Positions 39,833 through 50,047 of a DNA stretch of 64,000 bases are shown in pieces; positions within the stretch are counted from its first letter, which is position 1, and every line of letters starts with the position of its first letter. This stretch comes from Candidatus Latescibacterota bacterium (lineage in GTDB: Bacteria > Latescibacterota > UBA2968 > SICM01), in the NCBI GenBank assembly GCA_965217865.1, contig CBDCJO010000002.1, positions 1,184,001-1,248,000 on the forward strand. Reading direction: 5' to 3'. A model generated the notes under the pieces. The model was not told where the DNA came from. It did no database searches and saw nothing but the letters and a program-made list of their open reading frames with translations. The translations under genes were made by a program, and so were the position numbers.

Positions 39833-40551
39833 GTCGCCTCCCTGGGACGCGCCAGCGTTTGGAGGATGACAACGGCGATACCCAGCAACGCACGAAAAGG
39901 ATAATAAAAGACCCGAAAGCCAGAGTGCATGGAGGTCCCACTCCTCCGCGGCCTGACATCGACGCGTTGTTCCACCACGCCGAGGCCAGAGCGTGCGACC
40001 AGGATAACGATCTCTGCATCGGGGTAGTCCAAGGGATATTTCTCGGCAAGGAACGCGATCGCGCGCTTCCCGATGGCCTGGAATCCCGATGTGACGTCAC
40101 GGACGTGAACGCCCGAGAGGGCCCACGTCAGGAGCGAGAAGAAGCCCATCACGATCCGCCTGATGATCGGGACGCGATAACCGGTGCGTTCAACAAACCG
40201 GGAACCGATGACCAGGTCGGCGCCCGTTCGCGACAGGGTTTCCAAAAGGGATCCAATCTGCCCGGGATCGTGCTGGCCGTCCCCGTCCATCAGAACGACG
40301 GCTTCATACGCATTGGAGCGCGCATAACGCAATCCGGTCTGGACCGCCCCCCCATATCCGAGGTTGTAGGGATGACACACGCAGGTGACCCCGAGATTGC
40401 GTACGACCTTCGAGGTGTCGTCGCGGGAACCATCGTCGATGACCGCCACGTCCCAGTTGGGGGCCAGGTGCCGGACCTCGTCCAACACAGTCCCGATGTT
40501 TCCCGCTTCATCGTAAACGGGGATCACGATCAGGACGCGCGCGTTTTCCAT
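39829..40551 (-). CDS. Glycosyltransferase family 2 (DPM1-like)
   Basis: IPVYDE, IDDGSRD, NLGYG, MDGDGQH, DVTSGF. Confidence 0.93.
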   Translation of the reverse strand: MENARVLIVIPVYDEAGNIGTVLDEVRHLAPNWDVAVIDDGSRDDTSKVVRNLGVTCVCHPYNLGYGGAVQTGLRYARSNAYEAVVLMDGDGQHDPGQIGSLLETLSRTGADLVIGSRFVERTGYRVPIIRRIVMGFFSLLTWALSGVHVRDVTSGFQAIGKRAIAFLAEKYPLDYPDAEIVILVARSGLGVVEQRVDVRPRRSGTSMHSGFRVFYYPFRALLGIAVVILQTLARPREAT

Positions 40552-40683
40552 GCCCGTGAAGGAATAGTGTAGAACCAAAAAAGGCTAAACCCCTGACACC
40601 CGCTCCCGATTTTTGTCTCACGTTTGACGGTCTTTTGCAATTTCCATTTTACAATTTCCACTTTACAATTCCATCTGACCCCT

Positions 40684-41130
40684 GACCCCTAGTCTAAATC
40701 GAGAATCCGAACAGAATGCGATGCCTGTCCACCCGGTCTGTCTCATCCGGAAAGTTACGATCTCGAACGTCCCGGGTGAGGGGCATGGCGAACTGGAAGA
40801 ACCCGATCATGGGCATACGGTAGAATGAAAACATCTGCATCCGAAGTTCAATTCCGAAGTTGCTCAGGAACGATTTTTTGTTGAAGTTGAGGTCGGTCAA
40901 CTTCTGGACCCCTAGTCTAAATCGAGAATCCGAACAGAATGCGATGCCTGTCCACCCGGTCTGTCTCATCCGGAAAGTTACGATCTCGAACGTCCCGGGT
41001 GAGGGGCATGGCGAACTGGAAGAACCCGATCATGGGCATACGGTAGAATGAAAACATCTGCATCCGAAGTTCAATTCCGAAGTTGCTCAGGAACGATTTT
41101 TTGTTGAAGTTGAGGTCGGTCAACTTCTGG
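40684..41130. repeat. Exact 223-bp tandem duplication of the 3' end of the 40917-44381 gene
   Basis: 40684-40907 is identical to 40907-41130 by eye. Confidence 0.92.
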
Positions 41131-44100
41131 GCATCGCTCGTGGCCCCCGTCTCCAGGTAGACCGTTGCGTACAGACGGTCGAAGTAGAACGGCGGAAGCT
41201 CCTTGCCGATCCTCTGGATAAGGGGAAAGGTGAGGGAGGCCCTGCCGAAGAGAGCTTTGCCCCCCTGGAGCGAAAAGTAGGGATACCCACGGAGGCTGCC
41301 CCAACCCCCGAGATAGTAGCGGAGCGGGTAGTAGAAGAGCCCTTCAAAGGGCCCCCCGTCCGGCTGGAACCCTTTAACCGGCTGGTCCTTGTAACCGATG
41401 AAAGTCTGAAGGGCGAGGGTTGACCGGCCCCCCAGGCGGATAAACTCATTCCACGAAAAGGTAATCTCATTGATGCCCAACTTCAGATCATCGAACCGGA
41501 ACGGATCGGGGCTTGGATCCCCGGAGGTCGGGACCGGCAGCCCCGTCTGGGGGTCAATCGTGGCCTGAGCGAGGGAGTCCCCCACTGTGGCGTTGATCCT
41601 CCGATATCCCAGGGAGACATACCGGCCCGCGGGATTGATATAGGCGTCGACCGTCGGTGTGATATTAAGGTAGCGCCAGGAGATCCCCAGATTGCTGCTC
41701 TTGAAAAACGGACCGGAATCGCTGCTGTAGAGATTTCGATCGTCAAGGACCTCCGGACGGCCAAATCGTGGATCCAGGACCTTGATGGAATCCGTGATCT
41801 CCACGCCCCGCTGGAACACGCGTGAACTGTCGAATAGCGTGGACGTTGCCCGCATGGTCTCATAGAGTTTCCGATAGGTGTAATTCAAAGTGAGAGCCTG
41901 CTTGGAAGAGAGCGGGAGTTCCACGCCCGTCAGGAAAGTGTTGAACACGTCCTTGAACCGGTCGGTCTCATCGATCGTCAGGTGGAGGAACTCCAAGGCG
42001 TCCGGAATCAGGAACCGGCCTTCGTCCGTGTCGATTCGGAGCGTCCCCTGAAGCGTATCCCGCTGGATCGCCACGGTCCCGAGATCCAGGACGCTGTTGA
42101 TCGTCTCCCGGTTGAATATCGTGTAGAAGGTGGGAAAATAAGCCTTCCGCTCACCTGAAACCGGGGTCAGGCGCTTCTGATAGGCCAGGGTGATGTCGGA
42201 GTTGATATCCCCGCTCCGACGGAGGTTTTTCCCGATCGTGACCCCCCCGTAGATCTGGTCACTCCCGAGCAGATCCCCGGCAGCCACTTGAAGCCCCCCG
42301 CTGATCTGGTCCAGTCCGAACCGGTTTCCGATAAACGTAGGGCCAAGAACGATGCTGGAAGCGATCCCCTGCAGAGTCAGTCGGGTGCCGTAGCCCCCGA
42401 CCTTGTAGAGTTTGTCGATCGGCTCTCCCGTGTAGACCTCCCGGTAATCGCGGTCCAGCAGGCTGAGTCCGTGCACATCACGCGCCCCCGACCGTCCTAC
42501 CCGGTAGACGCTGTAATCCGCCGCGTGAAAGTTGCCGTATAGAATCTCATCCCCCGACGGTGACGTAGACGGGCAAAACGCCCCTCCCGGGACATTCGTG
42601 ATCTGTTTGACCTGCTTCGAGTCGAGATCGTATTCGTAGAGATTGAAGATCCCCGTACGGTCCGAGGCGAAGACCAGGCCGCTGCCATCCGGAAGCCAGC
42701 ACGGATCCCGCTCATCGGCGTCCGTCCGGATGATCGCCTCGAAACCGGCGTTGTCCGCATAAGCCAGGCTGTCCGGGAAGGTCTTGCTGCTGTCCGCCTT
42801 CGACTTGCGTGGCTTCTTGACCGGTTCCGCGTCCGCTCGGATCACCGCGATGTCACGATCCTTTCCCCGGAACACGCTGAAGGCGATTCGTTTCCCGTCC
42901 GGCGACCAGCGGGGTCCGTAGTATTGCGTGCCGTCGTTGTGGCGGGTGAGATCGCGGATCTTCGTGCCGTTCGCGTTCATCAGGCCCAGGTTGTGCGTCC
43001 CGTCTTTGTGACGGACGAAAGCGATCTGTTTGCCGTCAGGTGAGACAGCCGGGTCCTTCGCCCGGAGCGAGAGGGTCAGTCTCCGTTCCTCCTCCGTATC
43101 CAGGTCGTAGGAATAGATGTCATTAGTGCCCCCGGGCGCTCTGTTGAAAAAGATCTTCTTCCCATCCGGGGACCACGAGAATCGTGTTCCCACCCGCTTT
43201 GCGATCGTCCTGGCCTTCCCCGTGGCCAGATCCCGGACTCGAAGGTCCGTCAACTGGAAATCGCTCTTCAGGTTGCTGAGATAGGCCACACGTCCCCCGT
43301 CGGGCGAATACATCGGATAATAATCGAAATCCCCCTCGTCGATGACCTTGTCCCCCTCGGCCAGACCGATCCCCTCCAGGGAATCCGCCACCGCCTCGTA
43401 GTCCACCTGGAGGCGGGCCTTCCAATCCCGGTAGATCTCATCCGCGGACTTGCCCAGGACCTTGCTCAGGGCGGATTTGAAATTGACGATACCCGCGTTC
43501 TCCGCCAGGGCGCGGACCTTATCCGAACCGTAAACCTCGTCGATGTATCGGAGGAAGCTGTATCCCTGATTGTAAGCCATCTCGAAATGGTGTTGGCTCC
43601 GGGAGAAAACCCCCATCTCCGTGTAGGACAACAGGTCGTCCTCAAGGGTTGCCATCCGAAGGAGCATGTCCCGGTGCGTGTCCCACGACTCGGTCCCGGA
43701 GTTCTCGTCCTCGTACTGCGCGATCCCCTCGACAAACCAGGTGGGTAGGGCGATGTCCCTCAGGGGGATCGATGCGATATAATCGGGGTTCTTGTTCAGC
43801 TCGGCGACCTGGGTGATCGCAACGTTAAACGGAAATCCCCGCCGAGCGGCCTTCATCGTGACGATATGCGTAAACTCGTGCGTGAACACGCCCTTGATCC
43901 AATCGCGGGTCCCCCGACGCTCGGTTTCCAGATGAGCCGCCCACAACACGATCAGGTTGAGATTAAAACTGGCGTACCCGTTGCCGAAGTCCAGGTCGTC
44001 CCGGATTTCCACGTGAACCCGCCGGTAGCTCTTGAAGTAGCTAGGATATAGGGGCGCGATCGACTCGAAGACCTCCTCCGCCACCTCGGCCACGAGACGG

Positions 44101-44381
44101 GCGGTCCGTTTGGCATCCCCATAGTAGATGGTAAAGTGGTCCGTGCGGACCGATTTGAACCCCGGACGGCCAAGCCCGAGCAGGGAGGGGAAGAACCGGT
44201 CTTTCCGGAGCCGGGGGTCCAGGCCGGAGGAGATGTCGACGTCCCGACCCGGAAAGACGGGGCTTAATGTCTTTCCGGGATGACTAAATCTCCCCTGGGC
44301 TTCTGCTCCCGGCAGGTGGATCAGAATCGCGAGGCCTATCGCGAGCATGACCCAGAACGTCTTGTTAAGATGGAACGTCAC
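40917..44381 (-). CDS. Secreted/outer-membrane protein: gluzincin peptidase domain, TolB-like PD40 propeller, BamA-like C-terminal barrel
   Basis: Signal peptide; HEFTH...WFVEG; repeated SPDG; YLGG...LRGY; ends FGFSI. Confidence 0.8.
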   Translation of the reverse strand: MTFHLNKTFWVMLAIGLAILIHLPGAEAQGRFSHPGKTLSPVFPGRDVDISSGLDPRLRKDRFFPSLLGLGRPGFKSVRTDHFTIYYGDAKRTARLVAEVAEEVFESIAPLYPSYFKSYRRVHVEIRDDLDFGNGYASFNLNLIVLWAAHLETERRGTRDWIKGVFTHEFTHIVTMKAARRGFPFNVAITQVAELNKNPDYIASIPLRDIALPTWFVEGIAQYEDENSGTESWDTHRDMLLRMATLEDDLLSYTEMGVFSRSQHHFEMAYNQGYSFLRYIDEVYGSDKVRALAENAGIVNFKSALSKVLGKSADEIYRDWKARLQVDYEAVADSLEGIGLAEGDKVIDEGDFDYYPMYSPDGGRVAYLSNLKSDFQLTDLRVRDLATGKARTIAKRVGTRFSWSPDGKKIFFNRAPGGTNDIYSYDLDTEEERRLTLSLRAKDPAVSPDGKQIAFVRHKDGTHNLGLMNANGTKIRDLTRHNDGTQYYGPRWSPDGKRIAFSVFRGKDRDIAVIRADAEPVKKPRKSKADSSKTFPDSLAYADNAGFEAIIRTDADERDPCWLPDGSGLVFASDRTGIFNLYEYDLDSKQVKQITNVPGGAFCPSTSPSGDEILYGNFHAADYSVYRVGRSGARDVHGLSLLDRDYREVYTGEPIDKLYKVGGYGTRLTLQGIASSIVLGPTFIGNRFGLDQISGGLQVAAGDLLGSDQIYGGVTIGKNLRRSGDINSDITLAYQKRLTPVSGERKAYFPTFYTIFNRETINSVLDLGTVAIQRDTLQGTLRIDTDEGRFLIPDALEFLHLTIDETDRFKDVFNTFLTGVELPLSSKQALTLNYTYRKLYETMRATSTLFDSSRVFQRGVEITDSIKVLDPRFGRPEVLDDRNLYSSDSGPFFKSSNLGISWRYLNITPTVDAYINPAGRYVSLGYRRINATVGDSLAQATIDPQTGLPVPTSGDPSPDPFRFDDLKLGINEITFSWNEFIRLGGRSTLALQTFIGYKDQPVKGFQPDGGPFEGLFYYPLRYYLGGWGSLRGYPYFSLQGGKALFGRASLTFPLIQRIGKELPPFYFDRLYATVYLETGATSDAQKLTDLNFNKKSFLSNFGIELRMQMFSFYRMPMIGFFQFAMPLTRDVRDRNFPDETDRVDRHRILFGFSI

Positions 44382-44486
44382 AGGTTCCCCCTTCTGATGT
44401 GGTCGGAAAAGGCCGGCATTAAACAGTATCCTTGAGATGACTTGTGAGAATAGGTTCCTGCTTTCCCTTATTTTTCGCCTCGCACA

Positions 44487-45464
44487 TCAATTGCCCGCCT
44501 GTCTCAGCAGGCACGAAACAAAATGTCCCACCGCAACCTCCTTCAACTCCGGGACATCGCGGGTACACGCCTCGACCCTTTCGGGACAACGGGGGTGGAA
44601 CGGACAGCCGCTCGGTACGGCCGCAGGGTTCGGTACGTCTCCCTCCAGAGTCGTTCGCCCGCGTCGCGCGGCCGGGTCCGGGACCGGAACGACCGAGAGG
44701 AGCGCCTGCGTGTAGGGATGCTGAGGGTTCGCGTAAAGGCGGTCTCGATCGCTGATTTCCACGATCTTACCCAGGTACATCACGGCAATCCGGTCGGAAA
44801 AATGGGCCACTACGTTCAGGTCGTGGGCGATGAAAAGATAGGTCAGACCGAACGACTTCTTCAGATCCTGAAGCAGATTGAGCACCTGGGCTTGAATCGA
44901 AACGTCAAGAGCGGAGACCGGTTCGTCCGCCACGATGAACTTGGGTTCCACGGCCAGCGCGCGGGCGATCCCGATCCGCTGTCGCTGTCCCCCGCTGAAT
45001 TCGTGAGGATATCGCCTGGCGTGGTCCGGGGAAAGCCCAACCGTCTCCAGGAGTTCGGCCACCCGGCTCCGGAGGGCCTTGCCCTTTGCCAGGTTGTGAA
45101 CCACCAATGCCTCTCCCAGCATTCCCCCGACGGTCATCCGGGGATTCAGGGAGCTGTAGGGATCCTGGAAGATGATCTGCATCTGCCGCCGCATGGCCCT
45201 CAGTTCCCGACGGTCCAGCGAAAGCACGTCGATCCCCTCGAAGAGGACCGCCCCTCCCGTCGCGTCGATCAGCCTCAGGATGGCCCTTCCCGTCGTCGTC
45301 TTTCCGCAGCCTGACTCCCCGACAAGACCGAGGGTTTCACCCCGACCGATCGAGAAGGAGACGCCGTCTACGGCCTTGACATATCCGGCCGACCGGGAGA
45401 AGAACCCCCTTGTAACAGGAAAATACTTCTTTAGGTCCTGGACTTTCAACAGCGCGTTTTCCAT
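44487..45464 (-). CDS. Oligopeptide ABC ATPase (OppF/DppF)
   Basis: [37 protein letters not shown]. Confidence 0.95.
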   Translation of the reverse strand: MENALLKVQDLKKYFPVTRGFFSRSAGYVKAVDGVSFSIGRGETLGLVGESGCGKTTTGRAILRLIDATGGAVLFEGIDVLSLDRRELRAMRRQMQIIFQDPYSSLNPRMTVGGMLGEALVVHNLAKGKALRSRVAELLETVGLSPDHARRYPHEFSGGQRQRIGIARALAVEPKFIVADEPVSALDVSIQAQVLNLLQDLKKSFGLTYLFIAHDLNVVAHFSDRIAVMYLGKIVEISDRDRLYANPQHPYTQALLSVVPVPDPAARRGRTTLEGDVPNPAAVPSGCPFHPRCPERVEACTRDVPELKEVAVGHFVSCLLRQAGN

Positions 45465-45492
45465 CCGGGGTGTTCCCTCCCGAAAACACGGG

Positions 45493-46488
45493 CTAATCGC
45501 CTTCAGACTGGGTTTCCGGGTATCCCTCCGCCTTCCAGCAGGCCACCCGCCGGCCACCCGCCAACTCCAGGAGGTCCGGTTCTCTCTCTCGACAGATCTC
45601 CTCGGCCTGCGGACACCTTGGGTGAAACCGGCAACCCGAAGGGAACAGGACGGCGTCGGGAACCGTACCCGGGATGGTATGCAGCCTGGAACGTTCCTGG
45701 GTCCACTTCGGGATCGAAGCGAGAAGACCCTGGGTGTACGGATGCAGGGGAGAGGCGAAGATCTCACCGACCTCTCCCTGTTCAACGATCTTTCCGGCAT
45801 ACATCACCGCCACCCGATCCGCAACTTCCGCGATGACCCCGAGATCGTGGGTGATCATCAATACCGCCATACCGAATTTGCGCTGAAGCTGACCCAGAAG
45901 TTCCAGGATCTGTGCCTGAATGGTCACGTCCAGAGCGGTGGTCGGTTCGTCGGCGATCAACAGGTCCGGGTTGCAGCTCAAGGCCATCGCGATCATCACC
46001 CGCTGGCGCATCCCCCCGGAGAGCTGGTGCGGGTACTCTTCCGAACGTTGGGGTGGGTCCGGGATGCCGACGCGACCGAGCATCTCTTCGGTCTTCTCCC
46101 TTGCCCCCTTTCTGCCCAACCCCTGGTGAAGCATCACCGCCTCATCGATCTGGTAACCGCACGTGAAGACCGGGTTCAGGCTGGTCATCGGTTCCTGGAA
46201 GATCATCGCGATGTCGTTTCCTCGAACCTGCTGCATCTCCTTTTCGTTTAACCGCAGGAGGTCTCGATCCTTGAATCGGATTTGCCCACCCCCGATCCGT
46301 CCCGGAGGATCGGGGATCAGCCGCATAATCGAGAGAGACGTCACGCTCTTTCCGCACCCGGACTCCCCCACCAGCCCCAGCGTCTCGCCGCTCCGGATGT
46401 GAAAACTCACCCCATCTACCGCCCGGGCGACGCCGTCTTCCGTGTAGAAATATGTTTTTAGGCCTTCAATCTCTAGAAGGGGTTCCAT
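45493..46488 (-). CDS. Oligopeptide ABC ATPase (OppD/DppD)
   Basis: [29 protein letters not shown]. Confidence 0.95.
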   Translation of the reverse strand: MEPLLEIEGLKTYFYTEDGVARAVDGVSFHIRSGETLGLVGESGCGKSVTSLSIMRLIPDPPGRIGGGQIRFKDRDLLRLNEKEMQQVRGNDIAMIFQEPMTSLNPVFTCGYQIDEAVMLHQGLGRKGAREKTEEMLGRVGIPDPPQRSEEYPHQLSGGMRQRVMIAMALSCNPDLLIADEPTTALDVTIQAQILELLGQLQRKFGMAVLMITHDLGVIAEVADRVAVMYAGKIVEQGEVGEIFASPLHPYTQGLLASIPKWTQERSRLHTIPGTVPDAVLFPSGCRFHPRCPQAEEICREREPDLLELAGGRRVACWKAEGYPETQSEGD

Positions 46489-46545
46489 CCCAACACCCCC
46501 GAGGATCGGGTATTGAACTCCCGACAACGCATTCCGTTCCCGTCA

Positions 46546-47280
46546 TCACCCCACCACCTGCAACCACTTTTCCAATAGAAAACTCACCCTTCCGATCAAA
46601 AGGGAGAGACGGGCCATGACCGTATAGCCGAATGAGGCACCAAAGGAGATCATCAGGAACCATATCCCGACTCTGGAGACCCCGCCGACAACGCCCTTGT
46701 GTTCCACAGAGAAGGAGAAGTAGACCAGGACGCTGACCACGCCCACCAGAACGAGAACCGTGTCCAATGTCCCCCAGGTCAGCCCAGCTGGGCCACTCCA
46801 GAGGGGCAGGAGGCTGGGTCCGATCTGCTGGAGGATAAACGAGGCGATTTTTCGCGGAATGGCCAGCCCGGCCCCGAGTCCCACGATAAAAGCGAAGGAA
46901 AGGCGGCTGAGCCAGACCCCTTTTCCAATGAATCGGGTCATCAGGAAGAGCCCCAGGACGGTAGGGACGAGGACGAGCCACTTCGATTTTCCATCCGGCG
47001 ACGATTCTACCAGAGGATTAATGACGTCCGCCAGGATGTTCTGGTACCAGACCTGAGCGAGTTCATAAGCCGCAACCACCCCCACATAGAGGTGCTCCGC
47101 AATCTTGAACAGGGGGTTGTCTTTGTAGAGGGAGCTGTATAATGCGAGCGTGATCCCGGCCGCCAGGATCGTTCCGAACCCTCCCCAGTCCGCGGCGAGT
47201 TTCCCCGAGTCCATCAGGTAGAGGTTTACAGCTCCGAAAACGGCGATAAAGACCAGAAAGATGATCGTGTCCCTGTTCAT
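46546..47280 (-). CDS. Uncharacterised polytopic membrane protein
   Basis: About 7 hydrophobic segments; YKDNPLFKIAEHLYVG and FGASFG...RLSLLIGR motifs. Confidence 0.75.
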   Translation of the reverse strand: MNRDTIIFLVFIAVFGAVNLYLMDSGKLAADWGGFGTILAAGITLALYSSLYKDNPLFKIAEHLYVGVVAAYELAQVWYQNILADVINPLVESSPDGKSKWLVLVPTVLGLFLMTRFIGKGVWLSRLSFAFIVGLGAGLAIPRKIASFILQQIGPSLLPLWSGPAGLTWGTLDTVLVLVGVVSVLVYFSFSVEHKGVVGGVSRVGIWFLMISFGASFGYTVMARLSLLIGRVSFLLEKWLQVVG

Positions 47281-47290
47281 GAAGCTTCCC

Positions 47291-48121
47291 TCACCGAGGC
47301 GATTTTGAAAACCTGCGATGGGTGAAATAGACGATGTTTCCCAGCAGGATGAAGGCGATGATGATCACGTGCGCCACAGATTGGGGCCGCATTCCGCTCA
47401 CCGCCAGATCTTTCCTGTCGATCAGGGTTTCGTATTCGGCGGCCCCGGCCAACCCGCCGATCATGCCGTTGAGCTGTTTGGACTGGAGAAACGGGAAGAA
47501 ATCCGGTGCCATCACCGCCGTGCATCCACAGCCCAGGAGGAACCGGTAGCGCTCCTGTCCGTAGGCGATCCACTCTTCGACCCCGGGGTAACCCGCCGCA
47601 AGATCGATGACGTAGTCCAGGTCTTTCAGAGATCGGATTCCTCGGGTCACTTCCATCTCATTTGTTGGGTGCCCCCGGAAATCCTCTGAAAAGGTTCCGT
47701 GAAAATCCTGGCCCATGTTGAGGATCAGAATCGGGCCTCCGGCCTTGAATCCGAGGAAAGCATAATCCCTGCCGTATTCCCGTTCAAATTCCTCTGCGGC
47801 GGTCTCGAAGGCATGCTCGGCCAGACCAACCCCCTCAGCAATGAGGGTGACGCCGATCACCCGGATTCCCCGACTGAAGCAGTGTCGGAGGATCGCCACG
47901 GCCATCGGTTGGAGCTCCGGCTGTGAGGTTGGGCCATAGTCGAATGAGATCAGGACGGTGGCCCCCTCCTTTCCCGCCAGGTTTTCGATCGTATCGTGGA
48001 CCGCCCGCACGTTGGGGGTGGCCCGGATCGGGAGCTCGAAGTCGATCAAAAGGGGAATCGAGACGCCCAGGAAGATAAAGAGGTAAACGATGCGGCGATC
48101 GATGTTCAGAAGCCTTTCCAT
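47291..48121 (-). CDS. Uncharacterised membrane-anchored alpha/beta-domain protein
   Basis: TM at both ends; FDYGP...EL, GGLAGAAEYE; start overlaps upstream stop. Confidence 0.75.
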   Translation of the reverse strand: MERLLNIDRRIVYLFIFLGVSIPLLIDFELPIRATPNVRAVHDTIENLAGKEGATVLISFDYGPTSQPELQPMAVAILRHCFSRGIRVIGVTLIAEGVGLAEHAFETAAEEFEREYGRDYAFLGFKAGGPILILNMGQDFHGTFSEDFRGHPTNEMEVTRGIRSLKDLDYVIDLAAGYPGVEEWIAYGQERYRFLLGCGCTAVMAPDFFPFLQSKQLNGMIGGLAGAAEYETLIDRKDLAVSGMRPQSVAHVIIIAFILLGNIVYFTHRRFSKSPR

Positions 48122-48771
48122 CAGGACTCTTCCCCCCCGAGGTATGCCCGTTCAATCCCAAAGATGATTCGGAGGGCGGTCGCGATGGCCCCGAGGCTGA
48201 CCCCGAGCAGGATGCCGCGTCGCGCGGCCATGTTGGGAATGTCCATCAGCCACTGTGAGATCGTCGGAAGGTAATCTGAGATATAAGCCCCTACCGGAAC
48301 CCGGCCGAGCATCACAACGACAGCGGCCACCAAGAGGATGACGGCCTCCGTGGACCGGGCACGAAAGGTCCGGTACGCGGCCGATGCGATGAAGAAGGCA
48401 AGCAACGAAAACATCGTCCCGCCCGCGGCCACCTGGATGTTGGTGTACATCCAGCCCAGCCCACCTCCCGTGGTCTGCGGCTCAAAAGGGCCCTCACCGT
48501 TGTTGTAGATCGCGAAGATGAAGGCCAGGCCGAATCCCGCGTAGGTGATCAGACTGAATCCCCATCCTGGGTTTTTCCGTCTGATCCGGGTCCAGTGGAG
48601 GTGCAACAGGCTGTGGATCCCGAGGAACATCGCGAAGGCCGCAATGATCCGGTACCAGGTGGCCGTCTCCTTCTCGATCACCTGGGCGACCGGGATATAG
48701 TAGGTAAATATCCCGATTATACCCGCCAAAAAGGCGATAATCAGGGGGAGTGTCCGCTGAAAAAAAGGCAT
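48121..48771 (-). CDS. Uncharacterised polytopic membrane protein
   Basis: About 6 TM; FSLLAFFIASAAYRTFRAR, LRIIFGIER. Confidence 0.75.
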   Translation of the reverse strand: MPFFQRTLPLIIAFLAGIIGIFTYYIPVAQVIEKETATWYRIIAAFAMFLGIHSLLHLHWTRIRRKNPGWGFSLITYAGFGLAFIFAIYNNGEGPFEPQTTGGGLGWMYTNIQVAAGGTMFSLLAFFIASAAYRTFRARSTEAVILLVAAVVVMLGRVPVGAYISDYLPTISQWLMDIPNMAARRGILLGVSLGAIATALRIIFGIERAYLGGEES

Positions 48772-48791
48772 AAATTATCCGAGCAAATTCC

Positions 48792-50003
48792 TCAGTAGGA
48801 TGTGAACAGGGGTGTGAGCCACGGATGTCCGACGGTGGCCATGAGGGTCCCAACCAGGATCACCAGGATGAGAAATCCCTTCCCGACGTCCTGACCCTTC
48901 AGGCTGCCCAGGAGTTTAGGGTCCCGCGAGAGATACGCGCTTGCCGCATAGAGCTCCTCGCCCATCAGCGTATAGTCGCACGTCGTCACCAGGAACGGGA
49001 GCTGCGTATAGGCGTCCGTTCCTGCGATCTGGATCGCCCCCGTGACAGAGCCTGGTTCGGCAAGGAGGAGGGACTCCGCATAGAAATAACCCATCATGAT
49101 ATGGGCGGCCGGTCGTTCCCGCATCATAATCCCCTGAAGTGCCGCCGCATAGCTGAACTGGTCCGCCGCGGCCATGAAGATGTTATCCTCGTTGTACGCA
49201 TCGGGCCGACCCACATCGATACACGCCTCTTTGACCACCTCCTGACTCACCAGCATAACGATAGGATACCGGTTGGACACCTTCAGCTGCGTATCGAATT
49301 CCGCGGTGCGGCGGGCCACCTGGCTCAGGATGTTCACCGCAGCGATGGTGGATGGGCTTTCCATATCGTGCAGGCCGTGGATGAAAAGCACGGGCTTCCC
49401 CATCTCCGTCGCGCGGCCGAGGGCCTCGTCAAGGGCCTCCAGACCTGCGATCCGCCGGACGTAAAGGTCCTTCCGTCTCGCCATCCCAATAAAGGCCAGG
49501 ATGAGGACAGAAATAAGGGAACCCAGGATGAAATTGTTCAACTTCGACCAGTTGAACCAGTTTCCATAGGCCTCCGCCCGGAAGACCGTCGGGATCTCTG
49601 TGGTCGTTTCGCCAACCTGGATCCCCATTCGGAGATAATAGGTCCTGTTGTCCGCAAGATCAACGGTCCTGCCGTCCGGAAGGGTATAACCTTTAAGCCG
49701 GACGAAGTGATAGTCTTTGTTCTCTTCGCTCAGCCCGAAGGTGCCGGGTTCGTCGGCCATGGTCCCCACTGCTGCTGCGTCGATCTCCAAGGCCGGGTAA
49801 AAAGGCCCGCCGGGAGACTCGCCGACTACGATCTTGTAAAGCCCCTCGACGGGGGTCTCGGGCCGCCGCCACGTGAAGGTGATGCTGCCCCCGGTGTCGT
49901 TCCGGGTGTCGAAAACAGCGGCCTCCAGCGGGAGGTATTCCTGTTCATCAGCAGAACCGGTGTAAGGCGTAAGAAACAAAAAACAAAAGGCTGTCAGATT
50001 CAT
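48792..50003 (-). CDS. DUF6754-type protein with N-terminal FN3-like exported domain
   Basis: DTRNDTGGSITFTW; RRIAGL, GRATEMG, GEELYAASAYL motifs recalled for DUF6754. Confidence 0.72.
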   Translation of the reverse strand: MNLTAFCFLFLTPYTGSADEQEYLPLEAAVFDTRNDTGGSITFTWRRPETPVEGLYKIVVGESPGGPFYPALEIDAAAVGTMADEPGTFGLSEENKDYHFVRLKGYTLPDGRTVDLADNRTYYLRMGIQVGETTTEIPTVFRAEAYGNWFNWSKLNNFILGSLISVLILAFIGMARRKDLYVRRIAGLEALDEALGRATEMGKPVLFIHGLHDMESPSTIAAVNILSQVARRTAEFDTQLKVSNRYPIVMLVSQEVVKEACIDVGRPDAYNEDNIFMAAADQFSYAAALQGIMMRERPAAHIMMGYFYAESLLLAEPGSVTGAIQIAGTDAYTQLPFLVTTCDYTLMGEELYAASAYLSRDPKLLGSLKGQDVGKGFLILVILVGTLMATVGHPWLTPLFTSY

Positions 50004-50047
50004 GGGCTCAGGTCCGATCGTCCCCGGGTCGCACCCGGGAATATTTA

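Noticed and set aside
40684-41130. Possible DGR template/variable repeat pair
   Set aside because: Copies are identical with no adenine-specific mismatches, and there is no reverse transcriptase in the window
44487-45800. 437-aa extended OppF
   Set aside because: The extension overlaps oppD; ABC similarity begins at ATG 45464
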